A DNA stretch of 64,000 bases, taken from NCBI GenBank assembly GCA_051362555.1, contig CM120640.1:1054001-1118000 (forward strand), read 5' to 3'. This document shows, piece after piece, positions 40,514 through 53,611 of the stretch. The translations under genes and the position numbers were made by a program. How positions within the stretch are numbered: position 1 is the stretch's first letter; every line of letters begins with the position of its first letter. The notes beneath the pieces are model-generated. The model ran no database searches and was not told the DNA's origin. It saw nothing but the letters and a program-made list of their open reading frames with translations. The DNA comes from Lingula anatina. Its lineage: Eukaryota > Animalia > Brachiopoda.

Positions 40514-43500
40514 CTTTTGTAGGACTAGAACAGGTGTACCCGTCACCAGTGTAGCCAGAAATACAAGAGCAGGTAAAGCCACCATTGGTATTGGTACAGC
40601 TAGCTGAGGAGCTGCAGTTGTTGGTTGTTTTGCATTCATCAATATCATTACAGTTGTAGCCGTCACCGGTGTAGCCAGCATTACAAGAGCAGGTATAGCC
40701 ACCATTGGTATTGGTACAGCTAGCTGAGGAGCTGCAGTTGTTGGTTGTTTTGCATTCATCAATATCATTACAGTTGTAGCCATCACCGGTGTAGCCAGAA
40801 TTACAAGAGCAGGTATAGCCACCATTGGTATTGGTACAGCTAGCTGAGGAGCTGCAGTTGTTGGTTGTTTTGCATTCATCAATATCATAACAGTTGTAGC
40901 CATCACCAGTGTAGCCAGAATTACAAGAGCAGGTATAGCCACCATTGGTATTGGTACAGCTGGCTGAGGAGCTGCAGTTGTTGGTTGTTTTGCATTCATC
41001 AATATCATAACAGCTGTAGCCATCACCGGTGTAGCCAGAATTACAAGAGCAGGTATAGCCACCATTGGTATTGGTACAGCTAGCCGAAGTGCTGCAGTTG
41101 TTGGTTGTTTTGCATTCATCAATGTCATTACAGTTGTAGCCATCACCAGTGAAGCCAGAATTACATGAGCAGGTATAGCCACCATTGATATTGGTACAGC
41201 TAGCTGCAGAGCTGCAGTTGTTGGTTGTTTGGCATTCATCAATATCATTACAGTTATAGCCGTCACCGATGTAGCCTGAATTACAAGAGCAGCTAAAACT
41301 ACCGGGTAAATCTGTACACTTTGCGTGTTGACTGCAGTTGTGGGTGCCCAGGGTACACTCGTCTATATCTGTGAATATGAAAGCATTTCATAATTCATTA
41401 TTTTTGTGGATGTTTTAATTAATACCACATTTAAAAAATAATCAAAACAATACCATATACATAGTGTAATTTGTACTTTTTAAAGAACTAAACATTTTTG
41501 ACATCTGCATTTGCCTTCAAGACGAAGATGACAGAATCTTAGTGACACGATACGTGTATTGGTGATGTGAGGGGTTGTCAACCCAGGAGATGTGAGTCAT
41601 TTTAAAATCGATTTCTGTAAATATAGAAACAATCCTCGTGTACAAAGATACATGTACCTTGTGGCCCAGTGGGTCACGTATTGGAAACGTACGTTATGTA
41701 AAAGACCATGTCAAATTAAGGCCCAATCGGTTGCTCACAATGGCTTCATATGGACCGACTTACTTGAGCACCCGCCTGTGATATTCCACTTTCCACTTGG
41801 AAGACAAACTGTGGAAAAGCTACCATCTCCGTTCATGTGGTACCCGTCTTCACAGACATAACTAGAACTCATCATGTCTGATCTCAGCAGTTTACTGTAC
41901 TCTGGGTGGATCTCTGGGCATCTGGGACCTAGTGAATATAAACCAGTGCTTTGATTGGGACATGTATCTCAATTTTTTCTGTACAAATGCACTAGTACAT
42001 GTACTGCATGACATTAAGTTCAATATCCTTATAAGTAATATTGAACTATTATTATATCTTTCAGCTATACAGCTGTACGAAGAGACTCAAAATTATAGCA
42101 AAACGGGTATTTCTGGCAATTACATATCCGCTCCCTACCAGACTGACACATGTAAAAGTTCGTTTCTGTGGCAACCCCGGTGGCCCATCTAAATTCTCTT
42201 GACCAGCCAAGCTTGATGGCTTCGCGGGCATTTGCTCGTTGGGTTCCATGTGAATCCCAGTGGAAATAATCCAACTGCTTTCCTGCAGGGAAAAGAGACA
42301 CAGAGGAAAATAAAATCACATAAATGATACATCAGATGCGTAACGAAGCAATATTACCATTAGGTTTGGGGGAAATGTTCTTGTATGGAATTTTTTTCTT
42401 TCAACATGGGATCACAAAGTAATACGACACCAAGTAATCGAGATACGCATGACGCCACAGTGTTTCATACCGACTGGCTGAGGACAAGTACCCAGATGCC
42501 TAAAAATAACAAGCAAAGGACAGCTGTTTATGTACTTACCCTCAAAAATACTGTAACACTTATTTGGAATCTACTGTTCCGCTAAAGTGCATGAACTGCG
42601 TGCCTCGTCGTCAGCATCGGACTCCTACCACTACCAATCTAAGATTCTTATGACTCTCACTCAGCCCCTTTATAGGTACTGTAATCAAATAATTTAGATT
42701 TACCATTTTCCCAAACCCATGTGTAAGGTTCTGCTATGTCCCAAACTGCGCCAATCCAGTAGTTTCCAGCGTAACGCCACTTGTACCTCACGCTTTCTGC
42801 TTTAATATGGCTGACTATAACATTCTGTGTGGACCTGTTTTCGATATGTGCCATCCTTGCTCCTTTGTTTAGACATAGGCTGTTTGCCTCTATCCATGTA
42901 TATCCATCTATGCCTCTTGAGCCAGGGTGAACCTCCAGACAAAAACATGACTCATTGTGAAAGATGCCGGATCCACAGTTAATTACTCCAGAACAGCTAT
43001 GAACATTTGCTGTAATATAACGCAATCTTTTTGTAAGAGTAAATGCATGCTTTAACGTGTAGCAGAAATATAATTTTAAGTATCGCAAAAACATATCACG
43101 AATACACCCAAATATCAAAACATTATAATCGAATATGTGTCACGCTATATCTTTGGTGGTTTGCAAAATATAGATTCTTTTTCAGATCTTTCATTTCAAC
43201 GCCACGAAAAACAAAAATTTTAGTAAAATGAATAAATAAAAGCCACTAGCATCGTGCATGGTCCAGCTCCAGGGACATTAACCATGACAGGTGCTTCAGT
43301 TGACACATTCAGTAAAGGTTTAAGTCATCGAAATGGATATTGGAAAATGCTCTTAACAATTCACTAAATAATAAATAATGGTGGCTGTGTGTAGATAAAG
43401 CCGGTAGCATTCTCTGCTGAATTGTTTTAACAATAAATTAAAACTTATTGGAAGAGTGTAGAGCGCATTCTGCAACCAAGCGCATTTTACAACCAGTTTT

Positions 43501-45783
43501 TCTAAGTCACTCACGCTGTTTGAAGTAGTATAGAGGTAGATTTGGAATAAAGAGAGGACTGTCTCGCCAGCGGGCCCCGAACCCCAGGCCAAGGGAGGGG
43601 GTCGGCTTGGCATCACCGGACCCCCGTTCAAATAATCCTGGATCCGCCCCTGGAATCGACCACCCCCAAGACCAAATCACTAAAAATACCAAAGACCCAT
43701 GCACATCCCTAATGATAGATGTATCAATTCCCGACGTTACACGTTCCTAACTATGATCGTTTAAGGAATTAACAATGAGAAAATTACTATATATTTCCGT
43801 CCGCCAAAGTTCTCAACAGATAGCAGAAATTATGATATAATAATAAGAATCAGCCACCCCAGGTACAGCCACGCCCAAGTCACACTAAAATTCTGATGTG
43901 TCCATGCACATCACTTATGACAGTTTCATCAATCCTTATCGTCTCATGCTTCAAACTACAGTAAAATGGTCTAAGGGTATGAAGCAGAAATAACGAAGTT
44001 GAAATATACAGAACCAACCACCCCAGGGTGGCCACATCCCCAATTACAATTAATGTCCAAAGTGCCCTTCCACATCCCTAATGTCAGGGCTATAAATCAC
44101 CAACGTTACATGTTCTTTACGGTAATGTTCAAGGAGGGGATGAAAGAAATCACGATGAAAAAAAAAATAGAATCGACCACCCCCGCGACCAAAAGTTGTA
44201 AAAGTGGCCCTACTAATAGCGCAGCGTTTTCCACTGACCGCAACCGGTTTCATAGTGTAAATTGCGGCTCTGCAGCAGGCTTTAAAAATATAGTACGGTT
44301 GCCGAATAATAGAAAATTGTCGGACGTTTATCACTGTTACGTCAACTAAAATCTATAATCAAATGCAACAACAACAACATCAATCAAATGCTCAATAAAA
44401 TTAATAAATACTGACTAATCTTATGAGTGCCGTTATGAGTGCACAGTGTACGTACTAAATTCGCAAATAGCGTTTGATTTTTTCTCGTGACTTTCGTCAG
44501 GTCTGTAAAGATGAGTTGTTGTTTTGGCCTCGTCGTTCCACTTATAATCAAAGTCTCTCCACAGCATGACACGATCTTCATTTCCGCCGTTGAAATTGGG
44601 CTCTCCGGGCCCCCACGCCGCCCAGCGGAGGGGCTGCCCGTCTGAAATAGACATTGAAGCATCTATATATGGATGGCGGTTTCTAGTGATCCTCATAAAA
44701 TACATGTATAATACTATCATTTGATGCAAAATGTATTGTATGATAATCTCTGTAGTGTTTCCATTTTAACAATGTCTTGTGAAATATGAATTACAGAACA
44801 GCGGGATCCTAGCTTAGTGATCTAAATAAAATTCAGCATAACCAGCTTGTGGTCCAAGAGAAGGCGGGAGTGTATTGTGAAATTGGTCGAAGTGATAACA
44901 GAAAGTCAAATGTTTATAAATGCACACGATGAGGTTTAGATCTGAAATTGATTTTTATATACCGGTAGTGCATTGGAACTTTATTCTGTAAATGCATACA
45001 TTTTTGTATGAATATACACATGTACCTGGACTTAACCATGTCTTATTGGTAGCCAGTAAATGCATGTACATAACATGCTTCTTTTAAAGTTCAGAATTTA
45101 AGTACAGGTTGGTAAATTGTTTTTCGCGATGGCAACTGTTGCTGTTACAAAAACCTTTTTCAAACAATAGTAAAACTAACCATCGTCCCAGCGCCATCTT
45201 TTTGTGGCCGATGCGCCGATCCATACGTCGACATTCAGTCCCTTTCCCTTTAAATAGCGTTCCCTGACGAAGTCATCTGATTTCTTGCTGTCTATTACAG
45301 CCAACGTTCCATTTCTAGTCTTGCAATTATTCCCAGCGTCCGTCCAAGACTTACGTTCTTTAAACAGTTGAAGACACTTGGAGTTGAAATAGACTGCATC
45401 TGGTCCCTGACAAAGCTGACCGCCTGGTAGAAAAACATTCAACATTTATTTCAACATAGTTGTTGCATCCATGATAATGATAGAAAGGTGGTAATATGTT
45501 TATTCTGTTTTGGATCCCTGATGTCAAATTTGATGGACTTAAAGCTATTGACCTGACCATTTCAATCTGTTTTCATGACATTGTTGTTAACACCTTATAA
45601 GTAACTAAGTGATCAAAAGTAAAAAATAAACAACAAACTAAGAACGTCCAGGGGAAAACTCACGACAGATAGAATAAATGAAAACATTTGCAGCTATCTG
45701 AAATCATGAAACAAATGACTTAACATACCCACTGTAACCAGGAGTGGTAACGCAAACAGAAGCGTCTGAGTCCGGAATATCAT
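40514..45783 (-). CDS. Gene E: signal - 2x CTLD - sushi - 7 cbEGF; no TM/tail exons found (secreted, truncated, or spliced into gene D)
   Basis: Exons: 45729-45783 MIFRTQTLLFALPLLVTV; 45181-45423; 44456-44641; 42704-43009; 42139-42282; 41764-41928; 40514-41368 (7 EGF + SPTK, G|gtaag). Lectin and sushi exons are very similar to gene A. Confidence 0.82.
40526..41368 (-). repeat. Single-exon array of 7 cbEGF units (gene E)
   Basis: 120-bp period. The true frame has no ATG, so the ORF track shows only the shifted frame. Confidence 0.95.
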
Positions 45784-46531
45784 TTTCAGCGCTCACCAAC
45801 CTCACCGCACGGGATAAGAAATGGTGTCTTAGATTATCTTCAGTGTATAAGTCAAACATATAAATTACAATTAGTCGAGAAGAGCTCTGCCTCACTGTCT
45901 GACAAGATGGCCACGTAACCAAGCGTTTGTTGTTTTCAGTAGGTTTATTGACTGAGGGCTAAAAATAGAATATATCTCCACCTAATTTTGAGGGAAGCTT
46001 TATTTTGGAGATTATAATGACAGCTATATTGGACTTTCATACAGCTTATCCAGTAGAACCCAAACGTTCTGATTAACAGAGTAGATTGCAGATGACGAAC
46101 ACAAGAGACATGTTGACACGATGTGATATGTTCGAGACGAACGAATCTTTGCATTCAGATATATCGATATAAAGATCATGAGATTATTTTTGTCTTTGGT
46201 TTATTAACAGGTTTATTTTTTTAATAAACAGCTACAAAGGAAAGAACGACATGGACAATTGTTTTAAGAGGCGTATCACGATGAAATATTTAATGAATTT
46301 TCTTATTGAATAAAAACTTAAATAAAAGCAAACAATAAGTTAATCGCCTTGATTTTGGACGGACGTACAGGTACATACATTTAAATCTGGTTTTATCATT
46401 ATGTTCAAATTATCGTCATTTCAATAACGTGTTTCGTGACAATGAACTGTTAGTTTTTATGTTCAACTATCAGTTTCTGCAAAAGACGGTAGCCAGTTCC
46501 GATCTGAAGAAGGCGTCAGGCTAGAATACGC

Positions 46532-49500
46532 TCAGTGAACATCGCCGCCACCTCCACTAGTTTCAACACTTCCCAATAGATGGCGCTGATTGTCAATCGG
46601 CTGGTTTTGACCAGTGCAAGTGGTCTCAGAGAAAATCGGCGACATAGTGTCTTGTGTACAGCTCTCAATGGTGTCATAGATACTGTCTATCTCGTTGCTT
46701 AGCGGAACGGGGCTCGGATCTGTGCAAGATTCCGATACGGTATCTATTCTGTAGTCTTGGTACACATTGCTGTGATCATAATCTCGGGCAAAAGGTCTCC
46801 GTCCTGCAATGATGATGTAAGGTTGTTATTACTGTCACCATGCCGAGGTGTTTTATTTAGAGACATGAATATATCAAAATAGCACTATGTCGATGTGAAC
46901 CAGGTACATGTATTGCAATGAAGGGGGTTTGATGCATACATACCAGTACGAGTAGTACCATGTGAGTGCTGAGAGAAATGTGAATGTATATATATATGTA
47001 ACAGTTCTAAAGACTGTATTTGAAACATTTATTTGTGGCTTTTTTACATTCTATTTGGTAAAGACACATTCTTATATTTGTCTTAGCACAAAAATTATAC
47101 TTAAAGTTTTAATACGGCAGTCTTATAAAAGGCAAAATGAAATGACAGAAATGATCTCCATTACATTTTTCAATTCTAACATTTACATTAACATTTTAAA
47201 TCAGTATAGGTCATTGGTCCTTCTTACCTTTGTAAGACTTCAGTTTGTCTATGGTCGGGTTGGGGTTGTCCTCCAGCCCCGCCTTGTACAGCGGGTTCTC
47301 TACCGTAGTGAAAAGGTCCCCAAGAAGACGCGCACGTAGTGGGTGCATCCTGAAACACACGTCAGCATTTCGATACATTTACCGATGTCATTTTACTGTG
47401 TGCAACGTAGTCCAACTGGCCGAGTATTAACGTTCTCCTTCTACTTACAGAGTTTTCAACTTGGCTATCTTTTTTCAATTAAACAAACTATAATTCAAGT
47501 CAAGAAATCTACAACATTATATTATATTATATTATATTATATTATATTATATTATATTATATTATATTATATTAGGGTTTTCGCATGAAAATCAAAACAC
47601 GGTGTTTCGTTGATCAGCGGTTTATCAAACCTGATGCAAATCAGCAAAATGCGTCACAGATATATATTAAATTAATTCATAAATTCATGCCATTTTAATA
47701 TAATAATAAAATACTATACCTACTTGCGTTTTGTATAAATGATTGAAAACACTGCGAGCACAATTGCTGCAAATAGGACGGGGATTCCAATAGCCGCGGC
47801 TAGCCCCCAATCTGAAATAAATCAATATGAAAAATTAATGACAAGATATATGGAGACCACGTTCCATAATTCTGCTAATTTTTTGTTCAGATGTTTTCTT
47901 ATTATTCATTCATTAAAAAATACTATACCCACCATGGTCACTTTGATATTGATTTTCTTCCAAAGCAGAGAAATCTTCGAGCACCGCGATCTCATTGCTG
48001 ATGGGTTCCGCTAGAGGAAAGTAGATATAAAATGTGCGCATTTTCAGTAAAGTAACGGTAAAACACGTTAAAAGGGGGATGACATCTGAGTCGATGTATG
48101 ATTGAATAACACATAAAATATCAAAACATTGAAAAGTCCTTTTGTTTTGGGTGGTTTTACGACTACAATGTCTGCAAAAGTACATGCGTTATTGAAAAGC
48201 AGTATTTTAGTTTTTAAATTTTTTGCAAAGTAATCAATCTTTTAATTAACTTTTAAAGTCAACATTTGATTATCTTTTCATGAAGCAACATGATTTTTTT
48301 TTTACAAAGTGCTGCACATGACTCCAAACATTACACTTACGAGTTTCCGTGGATGACAGTAAATCTTTCAGTAAGGCAGTTGTCAAATCAAGCTCCACGT
48401 TAGTTGTTCGTATTGCCTCGACCTGAGTTGACTCAGTTTGAGGCTCTTCTGTGGAAGACACTCCGCTGGACAGAACGGTGGTTGGATTTCTCTTGGTTGT
48501 TGTCGTATATAAACTCGATAAACCGTTGGTTGTTTGGGAATCCGGTGTTGTAGTGACCACAATGCTTGGTTCTGTAACATAACTGACACGTAAATTTGTA
48601 TTGACGCTATTTAACATGAGACAGTAAGGGCATGGCATTGACAACGAGCAAGGTATATGCACATATAAAACATCTGCTAAAAAACAAGAGCAGCTCTCTC
48701 TCAATAACAACTCATGTCGAATACTTTCGCCTGCTGCAGAATTTTATTGAAACATTTAAAAAACACATCAAATCAAGTAAATTGTTTTCTGTATACACTT
48801 ATGATGAATGGAATTCATTTTGGTTACCTACCGTACTGACACAGGTAATAGTTTTCAGCGTTTGTGTTTTCGGCGTCCCATTTGTATCCAAACCCTGCGC
48901 TAAGTTTGGCAGCTTTAACGACATCGGGTTGCTCGTCAGGCTTCATGTTCCAGTTACTATACTTAACTTCATCCCCTTAAAATAAAAATTAAAACACTAT
49001 ATATGTGGTTAAAAAGGTTGAAACCATATATATGAACTCGATGCTGTAAACTAAGCACGTTTGCATTTTGATGGAAAATTATTTGAAAAGCTCATGGGTT
49101 AATCATGTAGTTTCCATTAAGTGTCTTCTGAGGTTTTTTCGAATAATCGTATTTATGCACTATACGATATACTTTATGCGTGTCTCAGGCAAGATAAATT
49201 TGATAATTAGGTTAACGAGTGCCACTGACCACAGTTGTGAGAAAATCAGTATTTCCGCACTTGTTTTTAATGCCAATGCGCTAGCTATTGGTTTGATAAG
49301 TGGAGCATTGCAACTGATCCCAGGAAAAGCCTTAATATCGTCTTTGTTTTATTTATATATTTATTTTTCATTTTTTGCTCTGAAACATCCCAGCCCTGAC
49401 ATACAAAAACAAAAACAAAAATAATTTTCGTCCACCTCGACCCTGTTTCCATACATGATATAGCCACTCGTTAATCAACTTACCAATATTGTCTCGCCTT

Positions 49501-51301
49501 ACCGCAAAATGCCATGCAAGACTTTGGAAGAGTTCTCAATTTTCATACTCAACAAGAAGAGTAACCCAAGTCAAAGGAAAGAAAGAGCGAGTTGAGGGGG
49601 GAGTTGAGGGGGGAGTTGAGGTAATAAATGTAAACTATCATAGAAAGTAAAAAGATACCATTTTCCCAGGTCCACTTGGCGCCTTGCTCTCTATCCCATG
49701 CTGCACCAATCCAGTAATTACCCGCTAAATTGGTATCCTCCCTAATGCGTTGTCGCAAAGCATTCAGCGTCGACCAGTTTTCTATGTGTGCCAGTCTTTG
49801 GTTTTTACGCTTACAGTCTTCCTCAGCATCCGCCCGTGTTGTACCTGCTCGTTTTGCGTCTTTGTAGCTGTTCGCAGTGCCGTAGTGGCCCCTCAGGTAA
49901 AAGCAGGTTGCGTTGTGGTAGACACACCTTGAAACACCATGTCCTTTAACTGCGCATTCGCCATTTTGGGAGCAGGACCTGTTTGCTTGAATGTGATAAA
50001 AGTATTCACAAGTACACACTTATTTAGATTTGATTTTTGCAGCATATTTAGACATCACATAAAAACTTTAAAAAATAAAGCCCAGTGTTATTTGATCTAA
50101 AATTCGGGTTTAATTAATTATAGTAGTAAACAAGCGGCTAATTTCAGATCATCTATATAACTGATGATTATAATTTGAAAAATTCTTACTGTCTTCGCAT
50201 ATAAATTTGGAAATGACTAAGTGATTTTCTTTAGTGTCGCCGTGTTGATCATTCCATAAATAGTCGGCTCTCTGCCACAGCATCACAAAGTCTTCTGCAC
50301 TGTTATCATCGTTTGGCTCTCCCGCCCCCCAGGCAAACCACGTTAATTCTGAACCGTCTGAAAATGAGGGAAAATATTTTAAAACAAGTCAATCTAAAGC
50401 GGGGGAGAAGGGTGGTCGTATAGAGGCCCATAAAAATTCTAGATATGTTTTGGCTTCGTTTTGGGAAGAGAGACCCCAGGTTTTAGATGTAGTTTGTTCG
50501 CAATTCTTGATCAAATATTTCAATAAAATATCTCCAACCGTCAGTTGTTATTTGCTATCTCTTGTTTTCTTTCGGTTAAATGAATTTAGGGAATAATCAA
50601 TTATTTTTCCTTCACAACACGAGTTAGAAAAATAATGAAATATTAGAAAAGTACATAGTCAGATACACATGCACACTATTCATATATTGAATAAATAAAT
50701 AAATAAATAAATATATCCAACCTCTGAACTTATCACCGTCTTTCCAAAACCATCTCTTCCGAGTTTTTGCCCCTAACCATACATCTGCCGTTACTTTACT
50801 TCCATTGAGATATTTCCGTATGAAAGATTCCACCGTGTTATTGGAGATTGCCACCAAGGAACCATTTTGTTTCTGACACTCCACCTTTGCTTTTGTCCAC
50901 GTTGTGTTGACTTTGTGGAGTTGTAAACAGAAACCGTTGGGAAGTGTCACCATAAAGTCATCACAGATTAGTTCTGGTAGAATAAAAAAACATGCCGCAA
51001 TAAAAATCTAAGCAAGTTGAAAGGGAAAAACAGCATATTTAGAACTGAGATTATTAGAAGCTAATAAAGTGAGAAATTAGTATGCAATGTAACGTACATA
51101 ATGTATATATACAGTTCAAAATTAATTAAGGTAAATTAATTAAAATTAAATAAGTTAATGCACGTAAAACACTAAACATAACTCATCAAAATTATGTCCC
51201 TTTTGTACATACTTATTTAAAAAGATAAATAGCATCAAACTACCTGTCTTTCCGAGATGCAGAAATATGAAAAACATTATAAATGCGGCATAAGAATCCA
51301 T
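46532..51301 (-). CDS. Gene F: signal - 2x CTLD - Ser/Thr stalk - TM - NPLY/SIYDTI tail (complete)
   Basis: Exons: 51244-51301 MDSYAAFIMFFIFLHLGKT; 50737-50973; 50190-50357 (WGAGEPNDDNSAEDFVMLW..WNDQ); 49659-49985; 48832-48975; 48341-48571; 47933-48010; 47724-47811 TM (WGLAAAIGIPVLFAAIVLAVFSIIY); 47228-47349; 46532-46803. Confidence 0.87.
47515..47573. repeat. (ATTAT)n pentanucleotide microsatellite
   Basis: Directly visible. Confidence 0.93.
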
Positions 51302-51498
51302 GTTGTCTGCAATTTGTGAAAAGCACCTGTGTCGACAGTCCCTTTATCTTACTGGAATCTCTAAGACCTTCACCTGTGGTATCTTTGTGTAAACTGGGCC
51401 TGTTGCATGGACGCTGTTTGAGGTGACTTACACTTACTAGTGGTTAACAGCAGTTGGGGGGGGGGGGGGGGGGGTGTGCGTCTGTTGTGGGAAGGGGG

Positions 51499-51529
51499 AG
51501 CCAATCAAGAAAGGTGAATGGGACTTTCA
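51499..51529. promoter_or_regulatory. CCAAT box and kappaB-like site (GGGACTTTCA) ~200 bp upstream of gene F ATG
   Basis: agccaatc at 51499-51506; gggactttca at 51520-51529, one mismatch from GGGACTTTCC. Motif match only. Confidence 0.3.
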
Positions 51530-53611
51530 ATAGGGACCAAGCGCATGCCCCTGCTTACTCTAACATATAAATTTTCTAACTTCATATTCAGAGAAAATTA
51601 CCTCTGAAAACATGACTGATTGTGGTAATTGCGGTTAACGGTGATAAACTTAATCAGCGAATGAAAAAGAAAGAATGCCCTAATCCGTAATACTATCTTT
51701 TGTTCCAAAGATACAATACGTGGTACGTATGATTAGCCAGAAATCGATCATTTATCTGTTTAGAGGGATGCCAGCTGTGCCACACCCGGAGTTTCACTGT
51801 CCAATGAAAAAATACATCTGCCGGCACCATGGCCACGCTGGTGCCATATTGAATAGGCATGCTGGATAAATGGAAAATCCTCATATTGGTAGTCTTAAAC
51901 TCAGGGTTCTTCTCCCCACAATTATGTAACAATACAACTGCGAACATTTCGTGATATAGCCTTTGTCTTAGATATCTCTTATACAACGTATTGATATGCA
52001 TCTGTTAGTCGGTTTCATTTTTTTTTTAATGTCTTTTTCTAAGTTCTTTTCATTAAATTTGAAGTTTTGCTTCGCACTATTTTAAAAGGGGCATTTTGGT
52101 TGCCTTTGCCTAAATCCGAAATGATGTACCCGGAAAATCCCACCGCAAATATGAGGACACTGATCTGCAAACACAAAGACAAATGAAGGCCACACTGTCT
52201 ACAGCAAGGACGAAAGGGAGAGTTAGCCGATAGAGGTGTTAAGGCGATATCTTCGCCATATCGGGTGGGAAAAGGTGATATCTCCGTGAGTAGATTAGGG
52301 TTATCTCGTGCACTATGGACGTCGGTTTGTCTTGGCCAAATATCTGGTTGATTGGTACCCCGTGACACGCCCGTCTGTTTGGGAGACGTGAATGATATCG
52401 GTGCTGAGCTTGGAGACTGCTCAACAGTTGGTGTGGGTAGTGTTGGCCACCCTGGTGGGGGGGGGGGAGTGAATAATTCATCGTACGTAGAATACTTAAA
52501 TATAATAAACACATTGTAGGTAAATCAATTATTTTTATATGTCATGAAACTTGGTAATGCTCGACCAAAACAAAAATACAAAAATGTACATACAGTATAT
52601 GTTTATTCCCATGAACTATGACGTTTTGTCTTGTCTCTTGACATTTATCACCCAGGAGATTTTGTTTAAATATGGTCGGCTCATTGGTAATAAACGAAGT
52701 CTATCTAAAAGTGCAGATTAGGTAGATCTAAACATGCGTTAATCTAATCCTAAATCACCACAACACATGTTGGTACTGGTGTATGTAGATAATAATAATG
52801 TCCAGTCCGAGTGCACCTTTACTTTAAAAGACTGTGTTGGGACTATATTCTCTCTGGTCCTGTAGTGTACGGGATAACATACGTTGATGTAACACACGTG
52901 GAGATGGCGGGTGGAGGAGGGGAGAGGTTTATCTGAAAGAAAGGGAATTTTATTTATTTTTTTTTTTCATAAATTCTTTTCTTTATTTTTTAATTGCTGC
53001 CTGTGGTAAAATATTATGAATAAATGTTACATCAGCTGAAACTTTGGTGTTTTAATATTTACTATCACACTTATCTATAACAAGGAGTTGTTAGAGCTCA
53101 ATGTCTATAATGATTTTCAATTTCTGATAAGTCACTTAGCCACTTACAGTATGTGTAGGTGATTTTAATAACTGGGAAAAGTAATAACACCTGGTAAAAA
53201 ATTAATCCACTTGGACAAAACGTTGGGCTGTATACGTAGTAGCAAATGCCTCTTATAATCTGTGGGTGAAATTCAAAAATAAATTTTAAATAAAAACAAC
53301 ATACTACAGTGGATTATCTAAAGATCTTGGGCATTACATTTCGTTTGGTTTTAATCCATTCTACCCGTCAAAGATAGCAAAATATACCGTGATGTCCTTT
53401 AACGGTTTTCCGTGTAGTAGGGAGTTGCTCCGCAACAATGCCAGGTAACAATTGAATAATCACAAACATGAGATTTCCCGATTATTATCACCATATAATC
53501 ACTTAATTACGCCGATAATCCCATTGTTTTACATGGCCTGGAGATTGCCTAACAGCAGTTGTGTAATTAACTACCGACATTTTAGACAATTACACAGCCG
53601 TTCACCACAAC

